Assembly: GCA_051362555.1 (NCBI GenBank)
Contig: CM120640.1
Coordinates: 64,086,788-64,150,787 of the forward strand
From: Lingula anatina
Taxonomy: Eukaryota > Animalia > Brachiopoda
DNA: 64,000 bases
Direction: 5' to 3'
The first letter of the stretch is position 1. Every line of letters starts with the position of its first letter. Both the position numbers and the translations under genes were made by a program. The notes beneath the pieces are model-generated. The model was not told the origin of the DNA. It searched no databases and worked only from the letters and a program-made list of their open reading frames with translations. Shown here piece after piece: positions 15,938 through 27,200 of the stretch.

Positions 15938-17704
15938 TATGGTAATTTTCAAGGTTCTGAATCCCAGGGTGTATATTTTTTATTTCCTGAGAGTAATTTT
16001 CTGGTGCAGTTTTTCCCAGCATAGGTCGGGTGAAGAGGGCCTCATTATCCATCTTTAACATCACATGTGGGGATATTAATACTACAAGGACATCATATTA
16101 TCAATCTTTTAGATCACACAAGGGATATTAATTGCAAGAATATGTTCTCTTGAGATATCTCTACCAGACTGGTAACTCATCACTCAGTCTTGCCCCATAA
16201 TACAACCTTAGCTTAGGTACACATAGGGGCCAATGTAAGAAAGAACAATGGAATCCGTAGACTGTGAACTGTCATATTTCACAGTGCGAGTAACTGTATC
16301 CTGTACAATTGGTGTTTATCCAAAATATAATTACATATTTTGTCACTAATTCAGTGGACTGTTTAAAGTGTGACCCCCATCTCCTACACACTGTCTCTTC
16401 CATCCCTTTTTAGTTACAATTCATGTATTTAGTTCTTTGATATAAACTAATATAATTGCTATATTTCAGATCTTCAAAAAGAGGAAGATCCAGACCTAAC
16501 CTCCTACCTGTGGCAGTGCCAGACATGCCTGCAGACTACCCACTCCTGGTGGATCCTAATGTAGACCCATTTGGGAGACACAATAGAAGGTGACTCTAAA
16601 ATATTTGAACTATTCACAAATAAGGCACTGCTAACTGGTCATAGGTTAATTTGAAAGTATTTGGATATCAGCTATCTACAAAACATGCCACAAATTAGGG
16701 TAGCAACCCAGTTTGATATATTTTTGTCCATTCCCTGACCTGTTTTTTACATGAAGAATTCCTGTGTTATTTACAAATTCCAACATTCTTATTTGCAACA
16801 GTTGATTAGATTCCATTTGCACAATAAAATTGACAGTTTGTTGCAGGATTGCCCATTCTTTACATTTACACTTTTTTTGCTATTGATTCCCACCCTTTTC
16901 AGTTGTCATCCAGTATCTTTATATAAAACAAGCTAATCAATAGATGTACACATTATTTGCACTGTTTTATTGACAAATTAGTTCTAGGATGAAAAATACA
17001 TTGCAAACAGCTTTATAGATTGCAAAACATCCTTGAACAAGATGAAGATTTAAAAGCAGTTTGACAAAACTTCATTTCCTCACCAAATATACTGACATTG
17101 ATCTTTGAAATTGCTTACAGATTGGTTTAGGAAGGTCACAAATTATGTTTCAACAACTGCAATTTGTCATTTCAGGTCTCGCAAAAGAAAAAATAGACAT
17201 AGAAAAAAGAAGAAAAGGAGAAAGAATAAAAAGAAAAAGGCCAGCTTTAATGAACTGTGGGTCAGAATTTCAACAACGGAAAGGTAAGTTGCTTATCTTT
17301 ACATTGCTATGAAGGACAGATTTTTTTGTTTTCCTTTCATTTTTAAACATTTTGATATAAGTTTCATTATAAAACAAAAAAATGAGAGTGTAAATACCAG
17401 TTTTAAATTTAATATAGAAACAGAAGAACTTTAATGGTAAAATATTATTCTGAAAAAGAGTTCTTGTTTAACTAAAAGGAAAGGGAAATGAATATAAAAG
17501 AAAATCATCCAAAATTTTTTCTCTTTCAGTTCCACCACAGAGGCAACTACTTATGATGCTAAGCCAGTCCCTCCCAAAACCACCCCTTTGTCCCTAGATT
17601 CATGGTACAACAGTATATCTGCTGCAACAGCCATTCAAAGCAATCCATTGAATCTTTTTGCTGCCACTTTACTCCACCTCTTTTTAATAAGAACTTTGAG
17701 ATGA
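10361..17704 (+). CDS. TRABD2: TIKI/TraB-domain Wnt-inactivating metalloprotease, 3' part (5' exons lie upstream of the window). Exons 10361-10682, 12629-12719, 16470-16589, 17176-17283, 17530-17704
   Basis: Spliced translation [13 protein letters not shown]...[24 protein letters not shown]...[18 protein letters not shown]...SFFFAFGAG|[14 protein letters not shown] matches the TIKI core. It is followed by a polybasic tract, FNELWVRI and a hydrophobic GPI-signal-like C-terminus. All junctions are GT-AG and phase-consistent; AATAAA lies about 10 nt after the stop. Confidence 0.93.
14888..15422. mobile_element. Non-autonomous DNA transposon (MITE/foldback) with about 145 bp TIRs, TA-flanked, in a TIKI intron
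   Basis: agagcggattctcaacgaattaagcc...gtacagtaattaaatc (14888 to about 15033) is the near-perfect reverse complement of about 15266-15422. TA at 14886-14887 and 15423-15424. CpG-rich relative to the flanks. Confidence 0.9.
15897..15934. repeat. (AC)n microsatellite
   Basis: About 19 perfect AC units. Confidence 0.95.
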
Positions 17705-19334
17705 CAATTAGAACAATAAACCTTGTGTTATGTCTTGATATTTTTACTCTTTAGATAAACGCAGACATGTTCATTAAGTCTCATATTAGTATGGTGGTTT
17801 GAGGAAAGACAATTTACCTCAAATTATTTTAGAATTAGTGAAAATAAAATTACTGCCTAAATTATGTTTATGCTAAAAATACTGTCAATTATGCATTACA
17901 CATTTTTCAATTTTTACACAAGTACTTTTAATAAGTTTGTAAGCTACATATATTAATGGTGGTATGATGTACAATATAACTTAAGATGGATTCTTTAGAC
18001 AGAATCATATCTGGAATACTGAGCATTTTCCTAAGCATTTATGCCTTAAACACATACTTGTTTTATTGACAAACTCAAGTGGGGGGAGATGTTCACTGCT
18101 CTTCATTATTTGCAAATGGATTACTTTAAGCATGCAAAAGTATTATGATGAAATCAAAGCTGTAAATGTGACTGTTTATATATTTACCAATTATTGCTAA
18201 TCTGTATATAGAAAAACATAATTATATATATGTACATATAGTTTTTAATTATTTGAGTGCAAGGAGAGGGCATGGGGAACAGCCACTCATTTGTCTCAGG
18301 GGTTCTATTTATAGCTGCTAGAAGTGAATGAAATTTATTTTTGTATTTTTTTGTATATAGCTTGTAAATAGATTCCATCTCAAGTGTGATAGAAAAACTG
18401 GCGAATAAAGTGCCACAGCTATGGCTTCAATATGACAGACACTAACAAATGTTACAAAATGTATCTGTTTAGGCTTTGTTGTATTTTCAATATTGTCTCA
18501 ACAGAAAACTTCAAAAGTGATGAATGTTGGGGATATTGAATGATTATGTTGAAGAGCTGATTTCTTTAAGAGAAAATTAATTTTATTTTTCACAAGCAGT
18601 TCCATATGGACTAGTTTTGGTGTTGCTCAAAAAAGACCAACTGAGATTTTGCCTAGAAGTGATTTATTTGATCAACTTCATCTGTAACACAACCGCATGA
18701 TAAATACTACAGATACCTCTGTAGAGAAAAAACAGTGAAGAAACAAAATAAAAAATGATACTTCAATGATTTTTGTTATTGATCTGAAAATATTATTTTC
18801 TAGTAATCATAGTTCAACCTGTAATACTCAGATATCTTAAAAGATCAGATTCATAGCTGTAAAATATTTTTCATAATAATAAGCATTATTAAAATCTTTG
18901 TTAAATGAAAATCAATGCAGTTGTATGTTGGAACTTTAAAGGAAAACATTCTTTTAAAACATTATTAAAATTAAGTACATATTTATTCAGAATAAATACA
19001 TTTTGGTAATTATTGGGCAAAGGATGCAAAAATATGAAAAACTGACCAAAAACTACAATATAAAACTTTTCATTTAGGTTGCTTTTTTAATTTGACCTGA
19101 TTTTTTAACAAACAAAAGCTCCCCTTAAATTTGAAAACAAATGTGGCAAGAGCAATGGTAGTGGGATACCATGGACAAACATGGGTATTCATACCATTTA
19201 TAAAAATTATTAATGTATTCATCACATTGTCTACTTGCATACAAAATAATGTTGATTAGATAAATAATGTGACCAACCCACAAGCTTTCAGATTCTCAGA
19301 CAAGTGTAAAGTGTCAAGTTTTCCTATCTTCCAG

Positions 19335-22300
19335 TCAGAACCCTTTCTCAGTTTCCTCTTTCATGTCCATCACTCTGATCCAGAAGTTTGCAATCCACTT
19401 TTCACCTTTCACCACAGGGCATCCGCCATGCCATGTAAATCTGTCCACCTCACCCAACCAGTCAGTCTTGGGATTTATGAAATGATTATACCAGATAACA
19501 GCTTTGCCCTTCTTGGGAGGAACTTTGAAATTTGCTTTGTGGCAAGATCTAAATAGATTGATGTTTCCTGATGATCTTAATACCTTAAAAAATAAAAGGG
19601 ACACCAGAAGGCTTAAAACAGGAAGAAGAATATCAATATAAATGGTATATAAATTTTATTGTATGCAGGGTGCTACTGATGTGAACTACAACAATATGCA
19701 ATGTAACAATTAATGGTAAGAACACACACCAGACACAATGGGAGTAATCATTCAGTGATAGTACAGTCTTGTGACATAGCTTATAATCAAGCAAGTTGTG
19801 AGATTTTGAATGATTTAGAGGAGAGTAGGGTCAGAACTATATGGCACACTATAGCAACTGCAGTGAAACAATAAATAAAACAAACTTTATCCACAGTTTT
19901 TTTTCTGGTAGTTCTCTTTAAAGTCCAGAAAAATTACAGCCTTTGGCACAACAGTGAGTATTCACCATGTTTAGCATGCTACTTTTAGATTGCTTTGTGA
20001 AAATACATTTCAAGCTCACAGATTTTGACTTTCAGAGATAAAAGGTAGCCTAAAACCTTGCACGGCTTGTTTTCTAGTCTTGTATGCCATCATACAGTGT
20101 CTACAGTTTTGTTTTAGGATGGGACATTGCACATAAAAGCAGATGCTAATTCAAATCTTTTAACCAAAATTTTCATCTTAAAAATACACAAAGTTTACCT
20201 CTTCATCTAATGTTATATTTCCTGCCACTGGAAATGCGGTTTCTCCTCCTTCTTCAACATCACTGAGATAAAATAAGATTGTCATATACCTAGAAATACG
20301 AAAAAAAAGACGTACAAAAAAATATCCAAAAATATCCAGTTACACAATCCCATATTGTTTTTTATATTATGTTGGCTACACTTCTGCAATATTTTTTTTT
20401 TCATTTTAGATTCATGGCATTCCTCTCTCTTTTTCAGTCTTTGGTCAAACAGAAATTGCCCAAATATATGACAATTTTTTTATTATAATTATCTGACCAA
20501 CAACCCATAGTTTAATTTTTGTAGTGGATTAGGAATACCTGCATATTCTGCAATTCCCCTTCCACCTAGTGGTTTCTGTACAGCAAGGAACCTTGGTATT
20601 CAATGGAGTGGAGTCTAAGTGGGCATTATAGTGTCCCTTCAAACCATACTTGACAACCTACAGAAATAAAGTAAGATAAGAGTTGCTGCCATTCTGGAAT
20701 TACCTCATAAAACTTGAACACAGCATTTTAACAAATAATACCTTAAATCAAATTCATTAAGCATGTTTTTTACCTGTACATGACTCCTCTTTATCAAGGT
20801 TTCAGGAAGCTTTGTTAACTTTTGAACTCTAAAAAATAAAAAAGTACAGTACACCTATTTAGTGTATGTTTTGACAAACAACAATGCCCACTTGACCTGA
20901 CATATAACAATGCTCCTAGAAATGCTTATCTAAATCAAGTCTGGTTTGCCACAAAAATTCTAATAAGATGCCAAAGCAATGAACAATGTTGAAAAAAAGG
21001 GAATCATATTCATTCTTTGACTTTTTTGAGGTTCTATGTATAACTGCATCTCACAATAAAATCTGTGGTCTAGTCACACAGCTATGGGCATTCGACCTTT
21101 AAGGCTGCGTTCACATGAAAAAATCTATTTTCTAAAAATCTAAAAATCTATTTGCGGTATGTTGTGATCACGGTCTGTGCCCTGAATACCCCACGGCGTA
21201 ATTACGGGCAGCGCGAGCCAGTTACTTCCAAAGCTGTAATTAATTCTTGGCGCTGCCAGTAATTACGCCACGGGGTATTCAGGGAGACTGTGATCACAAG
21301 ATACCGCAAATAGATTTTTAGAAAATAGATTTTTCATGTGAAGGCAGCCTAAGTCAATGACAGATTCAAATATTATTTTAGGATTTCTTATATAATTATG
21401 TGTATGGTAAAACAGGTAATACCTCAATTGCACACGCTGGAAAACTTCATCTGTTGAAAAATCCGGCCTTAACCACACTTGTTCACTAAAGCGGGACTTC
21501 TTCTCTGGGTACTGTATCATTTTTTTCTGAAGATATTCCCCCATATCTGCTGGGCTTGTTTTCTGGATCTCATCTGGTGTGATTTCATCTTTAAAGTGTG
21601 AAGTACATCATAATATAAATATTTATTTTTATCACATTTACAAACTTTTAAAAACAGTTGAATCAAAATTTTTCTAGTGTCATTTGAACAAAATTTTAAT
21701 TTTTAATTGGAGATAAAATGCTTGCCAAAATAATAGATACAAACTGTCATGATCTTGGTCCATGTCTAAGTCCATGTACCTGCATGAGAAATAACAGTAA
21801 ACTTACTAAGTTATTATAGAAATTATGTCAATAAATCTCTGAGAAGCATTTTATACATGCATTTACTGTAAAGTCATGCTTATCACATAATAGTATATTT
21901 TGTAAAAATAACATTTAATCAGAAGTTGTAACTGATGTTTGAAACTTTAGGAAAAAAGTGATAAGAGGTACATGTATTTAGGAACAGAATAGCAAAAACA
22001 AACAATAAAAATCACAGAAAGCATAAATGAGCTTGTTTGCTTTTTGTCTATTCTGACCTACATTTTTCTTATATCTTCATGGTCTAGATAAACATCAAAA
22101 CTATTTTCTATGGTTAGCTTCATCTGGAATGCAAAGTGCAAAATATCAAAAGAACTATAGACTTGTTGAGCATATGAATCAATTCATTTATAATTGTTAC
22201 AAGTGTGACAAAATATTCACAAGCTAAGATGTGTACGTATGTTGATAAACTTTTTCATGAAGGAGGTTAGCCAATTTTAGTTAAAAATAATGATGCAAGA

Positions 22301-23997
22301 TACATCACCAACTGAAAGGTGTTTCATATCTTTGTTACAAACCTCATCTAGGCTAAGTCTCCTGTTTCCATCCTGGTCAAATAAAGTGAACGAGTTTTTA
22401 TTGGCTCGGTCACTGTGAGTTTTGCTGGTTTGCAAACCTATGTTGTTAGCAAGGGCTATGAAATGGTCACTTTCACTTGTTGTCAAGAAGTCCACAATTT
22501 CTAAAATACAAATGTTCACAATATTTGCATAATTTATAAATTCAAATGAGAAAACTTAAGCTACAAAAATTCTGCATAATATATCATATTTATTTTTATT
22601 GTCTCAAATGCAATTCAAGTTAAAAAATTACTACCATAAATATTCTTCTAAAAAATAAAATAAAATATGAAATAAGCACTCCGTTTTACCAAATACCAGT
22701 GGCTTCATACTAAGAGTCTTCAACTGCAATGATCTTCCTGGTTCTATGTCCAAGGATGTTACATACCCCTCCTGGTCATAAACAAAGAGGGATGTCAAAC
22801 AGAAATTTATGATTGAAAAAAAAAAACAAATTAAACTTACAACGGATTATATCTCAGCTCCAAGGTTTAATTGCTAGGCCCCTGCAGTAACAGCATGTGT
22901 GGAGGCAGGGAGACCATCAGAAATCAGCGACTTCACTTTTGATCTGTGATCGGCCATATTTAGTCGGCAGATCAGTAAGTACTCATATCATCCATTATGA
23001 ATGGGGCCTTTATATAGGCCCAAAGGATCAAAGGTCTAAACATTCTCTGATCCCAAACCTTTTGAAATTGTCCACAGGTATATTGGTTTGATCTCAAATG
23101 GCAGTCATTACTAAAAAAAAAAAAAAAAAAAAAAAGCAAATCCCATCAGTGATGTTGTCAAAAAAAAAAATCTTTTGAAGTAGATGTAATTTATTCCAAA
23201 CAATTAAAACTTTTTCATTCTTTAAACCAATGAACTTTCAGACTTATGAGACTTTGCATTGTCAGGCACTCTCATCTACCTAAACATGCAACAGTAAGAT
23301 GACAAGGAAAGAAAAGGCACATATGAGGGTAGGGAATACCTTTTGTGTTCTGTGTGACTGGCCTTATTTTTCGAGCGTGATGCATTATTTGAGCCCAATA
23401 TTCTGCATGGAACGCTATTCAGGAATTCTTGGTGATACGTGATTGGCCTGAACATATCTTGGTGATTGGTGATTGAGCTGTTTTAATCATGGTGATTGGT
23501 GATTAAGGGGGGGGGGGGGGGGGGGGGTATTCCCTACCCTCACATATGCTGGTATATTGATTCAGAAATGTTTTCAAGTTGGTAATAGTTAGAAAGTTAT
23601 AAAATTTACACTATGACAAATGTCTTCCTTATTTAATCTATCTATGAATATCTTTAAAAATATTATATATTTTATATATTTTCAATAAAATTAAATAATA
23701 AGTGGATTTTATCATTTTTAAAATAATTATAATAATATTGACCAGATGAGAACGATATGGGCCTAACAACTTTTTGTCTGTCAAAACAATAAATTAATTT
23801 ACCTCAACACCATCAAGCCTTGTCAACTCAAGTTGCCCTGGTTCACCAACAACTACATTTTCATCACAATGTACACCATCCACGGCCTTTGAACAGGTGC
23901 CCCTGGGTGCCTTATTTTCTGCCGTGGGCTCATTTATACAAAAAGACAGACTATCCACCATCAACACCAAGATGGATAACCATGCCCTTCCTGTCAT
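19335..23997 (-). CDS. P4HTM: Transmembrane prolyl 4-hydroxylase (P4H-TM)-like 2-oxoglutarate/Fe(II) dioxygenase with EF-hands, about 403 aa. Exons 23997-23803, 22771-22690, 22500-22343, 22123-22062, 21779-21745, 21588-21423, 20828-20774, 20657-20539, 20289-20199, 19583-19335
   Basis: KTLSMKPLVFEIVDFLT; EF-hand loops DQDGNRRLSLDE and DQDHDNEITPDE; VVKYGLKGHYNAHLDS (HxD); RYMTILFYLSDVEEGGETAFP; WHGGCPVVKGEKWIANFWI (distal His, 2-OG Lys). Exon lengths sum to 1212 nt in frame. Confidence 0.93.
21103..21349. mobile_element. Tourist-like (PIF/Harbinger) palindromic MITE in a P4HTM intron
   Basis: TIRs ggctgcgttcacatgaaaaa... / ...ttttcatgtgaaggcagcc extend through almost the whole element. TAA TSD at 21100-21102 and 21350-21352. 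Confidence 0.88.
23325..23541. mobile_element. MITE with 16 bp TIRs, internal gtgattgg repeats and poly-G, in P4HTM intron 1
   Basis: gagggtagggaatacc / ggtattccctaccctc, flanked on both sides by acatat (or by cata if the TIR is one base longer). Confidence 0.8.
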
Positions 23998-24220
23998 ATT
24001 AAAAGAAATATTATTTTACCCCACAGATGTCAGTACGCTTGCAAAACGTTAACGTTATCATGATAAAAAACGATAATGTGTCATCTTCTGGTAGGCTACA
24101 AACTGTTACCGGAAGGGAAATCCGAGCCTCATTTTCGATCGTCTGTCTGTTCGTCATTGTGTACATGTGAGTACTTGCAGTTGAAGCCATGTGTTGTTTT
24201 CCTGGTTTCTGGACGTAAAA
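23998..24220. promoter_or_regulatory. Compact bidirectional promoter region between P4HTM and WDR36
   Basis: Only 223 bp separates the divergent start codons. Locally CpG-rich, with an ETS-like ACCGGAAG at 24108-24115 and palindrome aacgttaacgtt at about 24045-24056. Confidence 0.7.
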
Positions 24221-27200
24221 ATGGGTTCGCCAAGTCGAATTTTTTGTGGATATCGAGCCCTAGGCTTCAATAGCAATCATGTTCCTCTAGCCGTGCGATA
24301 TCACCAGAAACATAAAGAGAATTATGTCGTGACTTGTGTCGGAAAAGCATTCCATACTTACAACGTAAGTTGTTGAGGTACTGTAGAAGTTGTAGACAAT
24401 ATACATAATACCCCATTGTTTTGGTGATGATGTTGATATATATTTTTGTTTTAATCTGCAGCTTCATTTGGCAGCATCTGTCATTAGTAGAAACATTTCT
24501 GTGATGCCGGTTCATGCCTTTTCATTTGAGAAGCATACTACAGAGTTTACCCTTTTTATGTTTCCTTTCAAAACATAACCTGCACTTAAGTTCTTTATAA
24601 CTTTCTTTAATATTTTATGTCAGGCAGGATTAAAGTGATTTGTTACAATAATCCTATTTTGCTATCATTTTATTTCCAGTGTTCCAAACTAGGAATTGTG
24701 AGTGTTAGTAAGTATATTATAAGAACTTGAATGTTATTTTATTTTAGACCTGTGCATTGGCAGAAATTGTATGTGGTTCTTTCAATTATTTCTTACATAA
24801 GTGTCTCTAACTCTGCTCATACTTTCTTGTTTAAGTCTGCTTATTGGTGGTATATAGACACTTCCCTGGGGTAGCGCTAAAACTCGCCAATTTAGCCAAA
24901 TGCTAAAACTGACTTAAATTGGCTAAACAAAAAGGGCTTAATTTGACTTGTTTTAGTTAAATTATAGCCATTTGGATAGCAAATTGACAAAAAAGTGGTG
25001 ATTTGGCTGAGTGAAAAAAATTGCTAGCGCTACCCCAGCTTCCTTTGGTGTCTGTTCAAGATTGTTCTTTATGCTTATTTATGAGCATATACGTTTTAAT
25101 GATCAATAATCATAATTCATAATCAAAAGTAATGTTATATTTGCTGAAGATACTATTGAAAATAATTTTAAAAAGAGAACATTTATTAAAAATCATTGAT
25201 GTGTTTTTCTTTTAAGTCAGTGTCTTATCGTTAAAATTTTTAGGCAATTCTCATCCAGATGATATAAACTGCCTTGCTGTAGATGCCTACCTTGTCTTTA
25301 CTGGATGTAAGAATGTCATTAGGGCCTTCACAAGAGGAAGGGAGGTAAATGGCTGCTGATAACCTGCTTGTGACCTTCACTAAACATAGCTGTTGTGACA
25401 TCAAACTGTTTCTCTGTGCACATGTCTCTTAAAAGGACAATGTAAGATTCCAATAATATGATGTGTGTCTCAAAAGTAACGGGGCTGGTATCACAAACAA
25501 TTTATTATGATAGCAAACTGCATCACTTCCCCTTTGAAGTTCTCTTCAGGTGTAATGCACTTTTCTACATTTCTCTGTTGCACCTCTGTGCACTGCTGGA
25601 AAGATTCATCAGGGATGACCCTGCCCTTCAGCCCCTTCATTCTTGAGCTCTTGCTGACATCCAGGCCTTAAAAATGGGCCCCCTTGATAACCTTCTTGGT
25701 GAATAAGAACATAATGGTGCATTAAACTAAACTGTATTATTTCTGATGAAATTTATAATAATTATTATTCCTTTTTTTTTTCAGTTATCTGTATATTTAA
25801 ATGTTTAACAAGTTGCCGATACTGCCCATCATATGATAAATTGACATTGGTGTCTCATTTAGGTATCTCACACTTATGAGGGCCACGAGAGCAATGTGAT
25901 CCTTCTCTTGCCATTTGGTAACCATTTAATATCAGTTGATGAAGACAGTTATGTTAATATATGGGATATTCAAAGTGAAGGTAGGTGTGAAGGAAGTATT
26001 TAGTGTTTTTTCTATCACTTGAGAGCAACATGCATTTTGAATGCATGTATGGCTGTCGTTAATTACAAAATTAGATTGGCATAAGGAGTTATACATATTC
26101 TGATATCCAGATATTTTTTTACGGAATGTAAAAATATGTTATTTATTTTTTTAGATTTATTTTTTGATATATCTTTGTATTTTAGAATTATACTTAATTA
26201 TTTTTTAAAATTTATTTTGTGATATATCTTTGTGTTTTAGAATTATACTCTTCCCTTGGTTTTGAGAAGGAGGTGTTTGCCATCACAGCTGCATTTCACC
26301 CTAGCACTTACCTGAACAAGATCCTGCTTGGCAGCAAGCAGGGCGCTTTACAACTGTGGAACATCAAAACTGGGAAACTGATCTACAGTTTTACAGGGTG
26401 GAAACAAGCTGTTACTGTTTTAGAACAGGTTAGCCCTTGGTCAGACAAAATAGGCATTGAATAGCAATTCATCCCAGACATTTATTTGATACGTACTGTA
26501 CATTACATTCTGATTAAAAAATTATTATAGACATTAGTAGTAGATTTTAAGATTTATACACTAAATCTTAAATAAGGTAAGAATTTTTTTCCGATAAAGC
26601 AAAACTTCTATAATGAAAAATTACAGTGGTAAATTTCTGTTAATTTAGCTCTTTTTCATTGTATTCTAAATTAATTTTAAACACTGTAAGTACAATCTGT
26701 TTATTCATTGTTCCAGAAGTTTTAGAATGTCATATAAACATTAACACTGGCAAATACCATTTTAGCATGTTTTGTAACATGCTCTTTTCATTTTAGGCCC
26801 CAGCCGTAGATGTGGCTGCTATTGGTTTAGCTGATGGACAAGTAATTCTGCATAATTTGAAATATGATGAGACTCTGATGAAATTCATGCAGGATTGGGG
26901 TCCAGTTACTACTGTGGCATTCAGAACAGGTGCTGAGATAAGATGAGGAAATATTTAAAGTCCTTTTTACATCCTAGAGTTAATGAAAGTACAGTCAGTG
27001 GTTTGTTGGGTGACACGGTTACATGGGTGGTGGTAGTGGTTGATACTTCAGAATCAACAAACAAGAAAAATCTGAGTCAGATGTCTATGCTATAACATGC
27101 TGCCCAAGGTGATCTTAAACCTCATATGCTGTAGTTATATATACATTCACTAGTTCTTGGTTTCCTATTGAAGATGGCTCCCCAGTAATGGCGACAGGCA

